NCBI GenBank assembly: GCA_964487775.1
Contig: CAZASH010000003.1
Coordinates: 1,377-65,376 of the forward strand
Length of the DNA stretch: 64,000 bases
Reading direction: 5' to 3'
Source of the DNA: an uncultured Ruminococcus sp.
GTDB taxonomy: Bacteria > Bacillota > Clostridia > Oscillospirales > CAG-382
Shown here one piece after another: positions 34,526 to 44,316 of the stretch. The notes beneath the pieces were generated by a model that was not told the origin of the DNA, ran no database searches, and saw only the letters and a program-made list of their open reading frames with translations. The position numbers and the translations under genes were made by a program. Position 1 is the stretch's first letter; the number at the start of each line of letters is the position of its first letter.

Positions 34526-37500
34526 TTTTGACCTCCACCTCCCTGCCGAGCGCAAACGAATAGATGACTGCGCGGCATACCTTTATGCCTGTCATGCGCT
34601 CTGCTGCCACGGCATAATATCTTATCTGCGTGCCATGGCGTTTGACGAGCTCTGCTTCGGCATTATCACCAAAAACTCGGTCTGTTTTATAGTCAACTAT
34701 CACAAGACCCCTGTCGGTCTTATAAAAGCAGTCTATTACGCCCTGAACCAGCAATTCTTCGGTGCTTGGCTTGCCGATGATAGAGCCGTTGTCAAGTATC
34801 GAAAACCTGCGCTCTCGATACACCTGCTCTGACGACTGCATTTCGGCATAAAGCCTGCCCGCAAAAAACCTGTCGAGCGCCTTGAAATCAAGCATCGAAT
34901 ATTGCTCTTTGCTGATAAAACGCTCTTGCAACAGCCTGTCTGCCTCTGCCTTTGCGCCGTTCTCTTTTGCAAAACGCATATCGCAGAACTGCATAAAGAG
35001 GTGGTTCGCTGTGCCCTTTTGACCTGCGCCCGCACCTGCAAACGACGGCACACGCAACGAACCGCCTATGCCGTGCTCAGAGCCCTGCTCGAGCTGCGAA
35101 ACGCTGATCTTTGCAGGCATATCCGACGCCTGCGAATATTGATATTCAAAGCCTATCATGCCAAGCGAAATATCATCGATGCTTTCGTCAGTCCTGCGCA
35201 GGACTGCCTTGCCATAGACCGGCTTTGTGTATGAAATATTCTCAAACTCATAGCACTTGGATTCAGAACGATGTATCGCTCCGAATATCCAGTCGTTAGC
35301 AGAGGTGGCATCCTCGGGTGCGTGTGTGTGCGAAGAAACATTTGATGTCGAAACGACATAAAGCCTGTCCTTCGCCCTCGTCAACGCGACATAAAGCTTG
35401 CGCAATTCCTCAGCACGTGACTCTTTGTCGAGCCTGCTGATCGAAAGCCGCCTCGTCGGGGTGTCACAGACACGCAATTCGTCGGGATAATTGAGCGTAA
35501 ACGAAAGTCCTGCCCGGTGTGCGATGTGTATCGAATTGTTTATATCCTCGCGGTTGAAAGTATGGTCTGCACCGATATAAAAGCACACGGGATATTCGAG
35601 GCCCTTTGAAGCGTGGATAGTCATAAGCTTGACACAATCGTCGTCGGAAGGCTGTGCGCCTGACAGGTCAGCGCCCTCCTCCAAAAGCCGCTCGGTATAC
35701 GCCCTGAACGCTGAAACGCCCTTAAAGCCCCTGCTCTCGAACGATGCCGCCTCTTGATAAAGTCGCAAAAGGTTTGCTTTTTGATGCTCTCCCTCTGCGG
35801 CGGCAGTCAAAAGTCCCGAGGTTTCATAAAACATTCTGATAAACCTGTGCGCCTGCATTCCGCCTGCCACAGTGCGATAGGCATCGAGCCGAGAAAGGAA
35901 CTTTGAGGCAAAAAGCTCGAGCGTTTTTGTCTCTTTCGAAACGCTTTTGACCCTGTAGGTCGCTTGCGGCAGTCTGATTTTTTTGCGATGCAGACCGTGC
36001 GCAAACCGCCTTATGCAGGTTATGAACGAATAAGCATCGTTGCTGCGCCTGATCTTATAGAGCATATCGGCATCAAAGCCGAACATCGGCGAGCGCATCA
36101 TCGAAAACAGTGCAATATCGTCTGTGGGATTATCTATCGCAGAAATACACGAAAGCGCAAGCGTTATCTCGGGCGTAGTCAAAAAGCCTGTCGACTTCAT
36201 GACCCTATAAGGAATGCCCGCCCGTGCCAGTGCGCTTTCATACGGTATCGACGTGCCCTTGAGCGCCGAAAAGATCAGCGCAATGTCTTTGTATGAGATG
36301 CCGTTTGCCGAGAGCTTTTTGATCTCTGCGGCGACAAAATCGGCGCAGTGCTGTATAGCCTCGGTGCGTCCGTCCTTATTTTCATTTTCGCTGCCGACCT
36401 CATAGAATGCGTGTGCGAGCACAACGGGATGATCGGGAACGTCACCTGCCCTGCTGAACACTAGCGCTTCGTTTTTATATTCATCCTCGAGGTCGCTGCC
36501 CTTTGAGGCGTATTCTGTCACGAGATTGGTGAAATCGATTATGTTTTTTGAGCATCTGAAATTCTCACGCAGATATATGACAGCGTTTTTGACGCCTGTT
36601 TCATAATCCCCATAGGCGTTTTTATAACCGATAAAAATGCTCGGGTATGCGTTGCGAAACCTGTATATGCTCTGCTTTGTATCGCCGACGGTAAACCTGT
36701 TGCCCTCCTGCGATAGCAACGAGAATATGCGATCCTGCAAGGGGTTGACATCCTGATATTCGTCGACAAACACCTGCTTGAACGATGCGCGCAGCTTGAG
36801 ACATATTTCGGTCGGCTCGCCGCCCTCTGTTTCAAGCAGCTTAAGCGTAAGCTGCTCAAGGTCGGCAAAATCGAGTCCGCCCCTCTTTTGCTTGGCAGCA
36901 AAAAATCGTTTGTCGAGGTTAGCAATAAGGTTTCTAAGCGCCCTGACGACATCGGCGCAGTCGGCAAACAGCGCTTCGAAATCGTCAGTGCCGAAGTTCA
37001 AGACCTTTTGGATAGTCTCGACATCCTTTTTAAGCTCTGCTCGAATCGTCTTGTATCTTTCGGTGATATAGTCAGAGAGCTTATTTGTATTCATTTTTGG
37101 AATGCTGTCGTAGTCGTTGAACGCACGCAAAAGCGCAGTATATGTACCTGCATCAACCGCCTCTGAAAGCATCGCACGGTACGCAAGCGGCAATTTGAGG
37201 TTGTTTTCGCTCGCATGCTCCGAGGCGAGCAATTCGCAAAGCTCTGATGCCTTGATATAAGCAGACTTTACAGCATCGTGGATATAGTCATAAAGCTCTT
37301 TGCCGCTGTCGGTTGCAAACAGGTCGACGACGGCTTTTTTTGATTCGTCACGATAAAACCGCTCGCATTGCTCAAACCAAAGGTCGTATCTGTAAAACGC
37401 ACGTATTTTTTCATATACGGTGGTTATCACCCTGATAAGCTCACGCTCCTTGCCGTGTGGGCAGAGCCTCTCGAGCACGAGTGTCACGTCCTTGTCGTCG

Positions 37501-37937
37501 GCTGAAAACAGCTCGTCGAGCATATCGTTCATCACTTCGGAAAGCAGTGACACGCTCTCTGCCTGATCGATGACACGGCATTCTGCCGAAATGCCGAGCG
37601 AGTTGAAATTATGCTTTACAAGCTCATAGCAAAACGAGTGTATCGTAGATATCCGTGCGCCCGAAAGCAAAAACAACTGGTTATAAAGATGCCTGTTTTG
37701 CACATCTGCCGCAGAAGCCTTGGAAAGCTTGTCATAAAGCTTTTCTTTTAGGTCGGCAGCAGCAGCCGTCGTATATGTCACGACGAGAAAATCATCGAGC
37801 GATGCGCCCTGCGTGATCATGCGCACAAGGCGTTCGGTGAGCACAGAGGTCTTGCCGCTGCCTGCACCTGCGGAAACAAGCAAAGAACGTCCGCGATCAT
37901 CGTTTATCGCATTGCTTTGTGAAACAGTCCATTGCAC
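34518..37937 (-). CDS. addA: ATP-dependent helicase/nuclease subunit A
   Basis: QWT..Q start, LLVSAGAGSGKT, DEYQD, VGDTKQSIYRFR, LRENFR, MTIHASKGLE, LYVALTRA, nuclease QGVID..DYKTD. Confidence 0.95.
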   Translation of the reverse strand: MQWTVSQSNAINDDRGRSLLVSAGAGSGKTSVLTERLVRMITQGASLDDFLVVTYTTAAAADLKEKLYDKLSKASAADVQNRHLYNQLFLLSGARISTIHSFCYELVKHNFNSLGISAECRVIDQAESVSLLSEVMNDMLDELFSADDKDVTLVLERLCPHGKERELIRVITTVYEKIRAFYRYDLWFEQCERFYRDESKKAVVDLFATDSGKELYDYIHDAVKSAYIKASELCELLASEHASENNLKLPLAYRAMLSEAVDAGTYTALLRAFNDYDSIPKMNTNKLSDYITERYKTIRAELKKDVETIQKVLNFGTDDFEALFADCADVVRALRNLIANLDKRFFAAKQKRGGLDFADLEQLTLKLLETEGGEPTEICLKLRASFKQVFVDEYQDVNPLQDRIFSLLSQEGNRFTVGDTKQSIYRFRNAYPSIFIGYKNAYGDYETGVKNAVIYLRENFRCSKNIIDFTNLVTEYASKGSDLEDEYKNEALVFSRAGDVPDHPVVLAHAFYEVGSENENKDGRTEAIQHCADFVAAEIKKLSANGISYKDIALIFSALKGTSIPYESALARAGIPYRVMKSTGFLTTPEITLALSCISAIDNPTDDIALFSMMRSPMFGFDADMLYKIRRSNDAYSFITCIRRFAHGLHRKKIRLPQATYRVKSVSKETKTLELFASKFLSRLDAYRTVAGGMQAHRFIRMFYETSGLLTAAAEGEHQKANLLRLYQEAASFESRGFKGVSAFRAYTERLLEEGADLSGAQPSDDDCVKLMTIHASKGLEYPVCFYIGADHTFNREDINNSIHIAHRAGLSFTLNYPDELRVCDTPTRRLSISRLDKESRAEELRKLYVALTRAKDRLYVVSTSNVSSHTHAPEDATSANDWIFGAIHRSESKCYEFENISYTKPVYGKAVLRRTDESIDDISLGMIGFEYQYSQASDMPAKISVSQLEQGSEHGIGGSLRVPSFAGAGAGQKGTANHLFMQFCDMRFAKENGAKAEADRLLQERFISKEQYSMLDFKALDRFFAGRLYAEMQSSEQVYRERRFSILDNGSIIGKPSTEELLVQGVIDCFYKTDRGLVIVDYKTDRVFGDNAEAELVKRHGTQIRYYAVAAERMTGIKVCRAVIYSFALGREVEVKID

Positions 37938-37941
37938 ACGA

Positions 37942-40900
37942 TCACCTTCCTTCATATCGGCATGCGCCGTGATATTTGCAATATCTGCACGCATCGTGCA
38001 GACTGTCTATATGCTTTGGAGCGACGTTCATATGACCCTTGAAGATCCCCTCGGCGACAGAGATCATGCGCCCTGCAAGCTTGTGCTGCAATTCATCAAA
38101 GCGGTCATCATCGAGCAGCTTGTTTTTTGCGTCTGTGGAATGCACGCCGTTTTTAGTCATGCGAACAGGCAGATATACGCCTCGGCTCGTGTCGAATTTT
38201 AAAATCACGTCGCTGTTGTCTGTAAAAACGCCACTGCGCTCAAACACCTTTTGCATACGCTTTTTAAATTCCTCTTTGGTCTCGCCCAGCTTGGGCTTTT
38301 CGTTTTGCAGCCTGATAATATAATAGGCACAGCCTGCGGGCTTTGCTTCAGCCTCATCGCAGAGCGAGAACATATACATAGGCATCTGCATATCAAGACC
38401 CTCGTCGATGAACTTCATATCAAACCTTTTGTTGCCCGTCTTATAGTCAATGACCCTGATATAATCTGTTCCGTCGACTGTGACCTTGTCGACCCTGTCG
38501 GCAACGCCGCGGACATAGACTGTGGTGCCGTCGACATCGACTGTCATAGATTGCTTTGAGCCGTCCCTGCCGTTGCCTATTTTGACCTCGAGCCCGACAG
38601 GCAAAAAGTCGCAGACGGCAAACTCACGTTCGAGGTCGTCATAGACCGCCTTAACAGTCCGCTTGATGCTCTTTGTGAGCGCATCGAACCGCTTGTCGCC
38701 CGCCGCCTGAAAGAACTCGTCTGTTATCCTGTCGATCTCTTTTAGCTTTTCGTTTTCGTCAAGAGGCACAAACACGCCGCTCGAAACGCATTTGCGCATA
38801 TATTCCTCGACCGCCTTATGTATCAGCGTGCCTGTCTGCCTTTCGGCAAAGCTCATGCGCTCTGATTTTTTGAGGCGCATTATATGTGCGGCGAAATAAG
38901 AGAACGGACAATAAACATACCTCTCGAGCGCACTCGGCGACAAGCCGAATTCACGATACTTTTGATAATCTATCTCGGCGACAGGGTCAAATATCGGTGT
39001 CTGCTCTGCCGGCAACTGGCAGCCTGCCTTTTTGAGTGCGGCGGCTATCTGCTCTTTGGCGGTGCAGTCGTCCATCAATATATAGCACTCTTTGGCAGAG
39101 CTTGCGGAATACACACGATCCGAAAGCCTCGTGCCGTAGGTATAAAGCTTTAATCCGTCAAAAAGCGACATTATATGCAAAAGTCCAAACGACGGTCGCA
39201 TCTTGTCGCCCGAAATATTGCCGGTGGGATATGTAAAAAGCAGTTTTTCTGACATCGACGTGCAGGCGACATAAAACAAAAGCCTTTCACGCCTGATATA
39301 GCTGTCTCGAGGCATACAGGCGGTGACCCCCTCGCCCTCGAGCGCTATCAATTCTTCGTCATCAAAAAAGTCGTCGCTCTTGCCGTATGACGGGAAAGAG
39401 CCGTCTGTCAAGCCGCAGATCACAGCTATCCTGCAATTGTCGGCACGCAACAGCCTGGGGTCGCCCACAGTGACCGCATCGGCAGACGACGGTATCGAGC
39501 CGACGCTGTATTCGGAGCACATTATTTCGATGAGCGAAGAAAGCTTTGAAACGGCGATGACATCGTTTTGAGCAACAAGACAAAGCTGATCGAGCAGTGC
39601 TATCATGCAGTCATAGACCTGCGTTTCACGCATTGCTGCGTCAGCATCACCCGCATTATAAAGTATCTCGGCTCGCTGCCTGACCTTTTTTGCAAGCTCC
39701 ATGTCACCTATGAACTTATATATCGCCCTTGCGATCTCGCCGACAGTCGTGCCCTTAGCGACCAACCTGTCACGCAGAGGCAAAACAGCCTCGACGAGCT
39801 TATATCTCGCCTTGTTTATAAACACCCTCAGCTTTTCGCCTGATTCTGTCATGGCGTCATATCCGTCGGGATTCATCATCCATTCGTTTTCAGAATACCA
39901 CGCCCTGCCACGTATGTTCCACATTTCGGCGTATCTGAGCAAAAAGTCGCATTGCTCCGGCGAAAGCGGCGAAAAGCCGCTCTTTAAGCATCTGCGCACC
40001 GACGACAGCGAAAAATCCTCTGCTGCGATCTGCAAAACAGAAAGTATATAGGCAAACAGCGGCTTTGACACCACCTGCTCCTTGTGCGACAAAAAGCAGG
40101 GTATGCCGCTTTTGCTGAAAACAGCCTCGAGCGTGTCGCCATAATCGGCTGCGTTGGCTGTGACGACGGTGATCTCTCTGAACCTTGCGCCGTTTTTGAC
40201 AGCGTGTAAAATATATGCGGCTATCGCCTCACATTCCTCAAACACGTTCTTTGCGGTAACGATCGAAACATCGCCGCCCGGCGCACGCTTGACAATATTC
40301 TTGCCCCAAACAGAACGCTCGATATGAATGATATCGTCGCTCTTTGAGCGCTTGAATGCGCCGACAAAAGCATCCTCATGCTCCGACGCAAACGATGCAA
40401 TACGCTTGGCGGCAGCTTTTTCATCGACAAACAGATCTCTGCCGTCGTCGAGAAACGTGATATAAATATTGCGGCACTGCCTGCACAGCCTCTCGATTAT
40501 CTGATATTCAACGCCCGTGAAGGTATAATAGCCATCGATGAATATATCTGTGCCTTTAAAAAATGCGTGCTCGTCAAGCTGCCTTGCAAGCGACGAAAGC
40601 GAGTCAAGCGGATCTCTGAGCTCATCGCAGGTGCGTGATTCATACTCACGCATTATGACTGCCATGTCGTGTATCTTGCGCCAAAGCAAGCTGTTTTCGG
40701 CAAGAGAGCTTGCCTCGCACAATTCAAAAAGCCTGCTTGAATCGATGCCCTCGGTCTTAAAGCGTGTGATCATAGAGGCACATTTGTGCACAAAATCAAC
40801 GCTCGCACAGCACGTTCTGTATTCTTTGAGTTCGTTTGCAACCTTGATGAGCACGAGCGAAAGCAAAAGGTCTCTGCCGCCCTTGTCGATATAAGACACG

Positions 40901-41136
40901 GCGAGTCCGCCGTATTTGCGTGACACAAGGTTTGGCAATCTCTCAAAGTTCATTACCTCACACTCGAGCGCTCCACGATCGCCGAGAGCGTGCGCTATCC
41001 TGCGCTCTGCGGCAACAGACTGCTGCTCGGGAACGATATAATAGCACTTTCTGCCGCGTTTGACCGATTCGGCTATGCGATCTATGATATAGCTGCTCTT
41101 GCCCGAGCCCGCAGGACCGAATATTCTGTAAAGCAT
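37942..41136 (-). CDS. addB: ATP-dependent helicase/nuclease subunit B
   Basis: GPAGSGKS, YIVPEQ, IDGYYTF, LSPSALE..CPF, RGVADRVD, IDYKTG, QMPMY, C-terminal CRYC..C Fe-S cysteines. Confidence 0.95.
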   Translation of the reverse strand: MLYRIFGPAGSGKSSYIIDRIAESVKRGRKCYYIVPEQQSVAAERRIAHALGDRGALECEVMNFERLPNLVSRKYGGLAVSYIDKGGRDLLLSLVLIKVANELKEYRTCCASVDFVHKCASMITRFKTEGIDSSRLFELCEASSLAENSLLWRKIHDMAVIMREYESRTCDELRDPLDSLSSLARQLDEHAFFKGTDIFIDGYYTFTGVEYQIIERLCRQCRNIYITFLDDGRDLFVDEKAAAKRIASFASEHEDAFVGAFKRSKSDDIIHIERSVWGKNIVKRAPGGDVSIVTAKNVFEECEAIAAYILHAVKNGARFREITVVTANAADYGDTLEAVFSKSGIPCFLSHKEQVVSKPLFAYILSVLQIAAEDFSLSSVRRCLKSGFSPLSPEQCDFLLRYAEMWNIRGRAWYSENEWMMNPDGYDAMTESGEKLRVFINKARYKLVEAVLPLRDRLVAKGTTVGEIARAIYKFIGDMELAKKVRQRAEILYNAGDADAAMRETQVYDCMIALLDQLCLVAQNDVIAVSKLSSLIEIMCSEYSVGSIPSSADAVTVGDPRLLRADNCRIAVICGLTDGSFPSYGKSDDFFDDEELIALEGEGVTACMPRDSYIRRERLLFYVACTSMSEKLLFTYPTGNISGDKMRPSFGLLHIMSLFDGLKLYTYGTRLSDRVYSASSAKECYILMDDCTAKEQIAAALKKAGCQLPAEQTPIFDPVAEIDYQKYREFGLSPSALERYVYCPFSYFAAHIMRLKKSERMSFAERQTGTLIHKAVEEYMRKCVSSGVFVPLDENEKLKEIDRITDEFFQAAGDKRFDALTKSIKRTVKAVYDDLEREFAVCDFLPVGLEVKIGNGRDGSKQSMTVDVDGTTVYVRGVADRVDKVTVDGTDYIRVIDYKTGNKRFDMKFIDEGLDMQMPMYMFSLCDEAEAKPAGCAYYIIRLQNEKPKLGETKEEFKKRMQKVFERSGVFTDNSDVILKFDTSRGVYLPVRMTKNGVHSTDAKNKLLDDDRFDELQHKLAGRMISVAEGIFKGHMNVAPKHIDSLHDACRYCKYHGACRYEGR

Positions 41137-41154
41137 CGTTAACTCCTCACAAAA

Positions 41155-41724
41155 TCAATTGAACCATTCTAAAAACTTAAATCTTATAATATATCTGCCC
41201 TTGGTATAGACCTTATAAGAATCATTGTCTATACCGACGCCGCCGAGCCCATCCTTTGCCGTTGCGGCAGAAAGACAAAGCGGCGGAAAAAGCACACACC
41301 ACCAGTTGTGTCCTTCTCCGTCGCCCAAAATTATGCGCAATGACGCATATTCGCCCGACGGAAATGCTATGCCGTCGTATTCACGAGTGGGATATCTCTC
41401 TTTGCCGAACACTGCGCGTGCGGTATATTCGACACCGTATTCAGCCAAGACCGAATTTGCAATGTCGGTCATATCGCAGGCGAGATAACGAGTGTCGCAC
41501 TCGCCCTGCATTTTGCACTGCGCTATAATGCGGTCTCTGACAGCAAGCTTGACCTGCTGATCATATTCGCTGTCGCTGCTTGCCAATATGTGCAATCTGA
41601 TTATGCTGTCATAGACAGCGCTCTCGTTCTTTGGGACAGTCATGTCGACAAATGACAAAAGCATAAGCGATGCCGCAAACAACGCAAGCAGCTTTAAAAA
41701 CAGCCTTGACGCTCTCTTGATCAT
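41155..41724 (-). CDS. spoIIR: Stage II sporulation protein R
   Basis: Signal peptide; IIRLHILASSDS..DQ.VKLAVRD, YPTREY, LRIILGDGEGHNWWCVLFPPLC. Confidence 0.95.
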   Translation of the reverse strand: MIKRASRLFLKLLALFAASLMLLSFVDMTVPKNESAVYDSIIRLHILASSDSEYDQQVKLAVRDRIIAQCKMQGECDTRYLACDMTDIANSVLAEYGVEYTARAVFGKERYPTREYDGIAFPSGEYASLRIILGDGEGHNWWCVLFPPLCLSAATAKDGLGGVGIDNDSYKVYTKGRYIIRFKFLEWFN

Positions 41725-41766
41725 TTTTAATACTCCTTTTGATCGTTTTTATGTAGCTTCAAAAAG

Positions 41767-41795
41767 AGTATAGCCCGAAATAATGCGTCTTAAAC
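41767..41795 (-). promoter_or_regulatory. sigmaF-type forespore promoter of spoIIR, overlapping the ispE stop codon
   Basis: Minus strand: GTTTA, 15 bp, GGCTATACT, matching the sigmaF/G consensus; spoIIR is a known sigmaF target. Confidence 0.75.
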
Positions 41796-42623
41796 GCTCT
41801 CACACGCCTCGGCAAAATAGCCGTCCGAGCGCAATGCCTCTGCCGCAAGCTCAGAGCTGCTTTTGTCTGCAAAGATGCCGAACACCGCACTGCCGCTGCC
41901 GCAAAGCATACTGCCGAATGCGCCAAAAGCAAGCATTTTTTGCTTTATCTCACTTATTTCGGGGCATTTTTGGCAGGCAATATCGTCAAACGAATTATAT
42001 ATTTTCTCGGCGATGCCGCTTATATCGGTGCAATGCGCAATTTGCTCGGATGCATAATCGCTTATCGCCTTGCCAAGGCTGTCGAACGCCCTGTACATCT
42101 CGGGGGTAGACAAGCCGACATTGCCCTTTGCCACGACAATATACATTGTCGGCAGTTTAAATCTCTCTGCAATTATCTCGCCTCTGCCGACACATCTGCT
42201 GCAGCCGCCGCCTATAAAGAAAGGGACGTCACTGCCTATTGTTGCCGCCATCGCAGTCATTTCGTCATATGAAAGTCCTGTATCAAAAAGCGCATCGAGC
42301 GCCTTTATGACGGCAGCGGCATCACTGCTGCCGCCACCAAGACCTGCCATGAACGGTATATGCTTTTCGAGCGATATTTTAACGCTCTGCTTTATGCCTG
42401 TTTTTGCTCTGAACACCGACAGCGCCTTGACACACAGGTTATTATTGTCGGCAGGCAGACGGCTGTCGCTGACAAAAAACATATCGCTGTCGCATCGTTC
42501 AATACTTATCCTGTCGCAAAGCGAGATCTCCTGCATAAGGGTGCTTATGCCGTGAAAGCCGTCGCTCTGCTTTTCGCCGACAAAAAGCGTCAGATTGATC
42601 TTTGAGTTAGCCAAAACGATCAT
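41790..42623 (-). CDS. ispE: 4-diphosphocytidyl-2-C-methyl-D-erythritol kinase
   Basis: ANSKINL, DGFH, NNL, KHIPFMAGLGGGSSDAA, GSDVPFF, GRGE, CGSGSAVFG. Confidence 0.95.
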   Translation of the reverse strand: MIVLANSKINLTLFVGEKQSDGFHGISTLMQEISLCDRISIERCDSDMFFVSDSRLPADNNNLCVKALSVFRAKTGIKQSVKISLEKHIPFMAGLGGGSSDAAAVIKALDALFDTGLSYDEMTAMAATIGSDVPFFIGGGCSRCVGRGEIIAERFKLPTMYIVVAKGNVGLSTPEMYRAFDSLGKAISDYASEQIAHCTDISGIAEKIYNSFDDIACQKCPEISEIKQKMLAFGAFGSMLCGSGSAVFGIFADKSSSELAAEALRSDGYFAEACESV

Positions 42624-43798
42624 TGCTCTGCCCTCAAGGTGTTTACAAACGCCTCGATCCTGTCAAGCGCCTTGACTATGTGCTGAACAGAATAGGCGTA
42701 CGAAATACGTGCATAGCCCTCTCCGCACTCGCCGAACGCATCGCCGGGAACTATCGCCACTCGCTGCTCGTCAAGCAGTCTGCGGCAGAATTCCTCAGAG
42801 GTCATTCCAAAGCCCGAGATGTCGGGGAAAACATAAAACGCACCCGTAGGTTCAAAGCACTTGAGCCCCATGGCGTTAAGCCTGTCGACTATCAGCCTGC
42901 GGCGATCGTCATAGCGCTCTTTCATATATTCTATATCGCCGTCGCCGTTGCGAAGCGCCTCGACTGCGGCGTATTGGCTGGTCGTGGGCGCACACATTAT
43001 GCCGAACTGATGCAATTTGAGCATCTGAGCGGTTATTTCCTTCGGTGCGAGAGAATAGCCCAGCCTCCAGCCTGTCATGGCATAAGCCTTAGAAAAGCCG
43101 CTGACGACTATCGTGCGCTCTCGCATACCGTCACACGAGGCTATCGAAACATGCTTTGAGCCGTATGTAAGCTCGGCGTATATCTCGTCTGATATCACTG
43201 CGATATTATGGCGCAACACGACCTCTGCGATCTTTGCAAGCGAGTCGGCATCCATCGTAGCGCCTGTCGGGTTGTTGGGGAACGCAAGTATCAGGCATTT
43301 TGTCTTTGGCGTAATAGCCCTCTCGAGCTCCTCTGCTGTGAGCTTAAAATTATTTTCTGCCGTCAGACCTATCGTAACAGGCACGCCGCCTGCCATCTTG
43401 ACAAGCGGAGTATAGCAGACAAAGCAGGGCTCGGGAATAATAAACTCGTCGCCCGGATTGCACAGCGCGCGCACAGCCATATCTATCGCTTCACTGCCGC
43501 CCACCGTGACGATTATTTCTGTTTTAGGGTCGTATTTAAGTCCAAAGCGGCGTGACTGATATGCGCTTATCTCCTCACGCATCTCAAGAAGTCCGCTGTT
43601 TGAGGTATAATATGTTCTGCCCTCCTCGAGCGAGCGTATGCCTGCCTGCCGTATATGCCACGGGGTGGCAAAATCGGGCTGTCCGACAGTGAGCGATATG
43701 ACATCCTTCATGTCGGCGAGCAGGTCAAAAAACCTGCGTATGCCCGACGGCTTAAGCTCGACAGCGCTCTGCGAAAGCAGATGACTGTAAAGCTCCAC
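42620..43798 (-). CDS. Class I/II PLP aminotransferase (YugH/AlaT-like)
   Basis: KPSGIRRFFD, VGQPDF, TVGGSEAID, FPNNPTG, DEIYAEL, SGFSKAYAMTGWRLG. Confidence 0.92.
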   Translation of the reverse strand: MELYSHLLSQSAVELKPSGIRRFFDLLADMKDVISLTVGQPDFATPWHIRQAGIRSLEEGRTYYTSNSGLLEMREEISAYQSRRFGLKYDPKTEIIVTVGGSEAIDMAVRALCNPGDEFIIPEPCFVCYTPLVKMAGGVPVTIGLTAENNFKLTAEELERAITPKTKCLILAFPNNPTGATMDADSLAKIAEVVLRHNIAVISDEIYAELTYGSKHVSIASCDGMRERTIVVSGFSKAYAMTGWRLGYSLAPKEITAQMLKLHQFGIMCAPTTSQYAAVEALRNGDGDIEYMKERYDDRRRLIVDRLNAMGLKCFEPTGAFYVFPDISGFGMTSEEFCRRLLDEQRVAIVPGDAFGECGEGYARISYAYSVQHIVKALDRIEAFVNTLRAEQ

Positions 43799-44295
43799 TA
43801 TTCGTTACCTCGCTTGTCCTCGCCTCGGCTCTCGAATACGATGCCGGAATCCTTGTATTTCTGCATGACAAAATGAGTTGCGGTCGAGGTGACACCGTCT
43901 ATCGTGGCGAGCCTCTCTGCCACAAACACTGCGACGTCACGCATAGTGCGGCATTCTGCCGTTACGCCAAGGTCAAAGCCGCCGGACATCAGCATTACGC
44001 CCTTCACCTCGGGATAGCTGCATATGCGCTGCGCTATCGCATCAAAGCCGAGGTCACGCTGCGGAATAGTCTTGAGCTCTATAAAAGCCGTGACGCTCTC
44101 TTTGCCGCACTTTTCCCAATTGATGAGTGCGCCGTATGAAAGTATCTCGCCGTTCTTCTCTGCCTCGCTGATGATCTCGTCGACAGTCTGAACGTCTGTG
44201 CCGAGCATAGATGCCAGACATTCGTGAGTATATCTGCCCTCTTCGGCAAGGTATGAAAGTATCTTGTTTTTGATCGTTTCTCTGCTGTATTGCAT
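43798..44295 (-). CDS. Lrp/AsnC family regulator (YugG/AlaR-like)
   Basis: N-terminal HTH; FDAIAQRI..YPEV...LMSGGFDL, TATHFVMQKYK; coupled to the aminotransferase. Confidence 0.9.
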   Translation of the reverse strand: MQYSRETIKNKILSYLAEEGRYTHECLASMLGTDVQTVDEIISEAEKNGEILSYGALINWEKCGKESVTAFIELKTIPQRDLGFDAIAQRICSYPEVKGVMLMSGGFDLGVTAECRTMRDVAVFVAERLATIDGVTSTATHFVMQKYKDSGIVFESRGEDKRGNE

Positions 44296-44316
44296 ATCCG
44301 AACCCCCTGTTATTAT

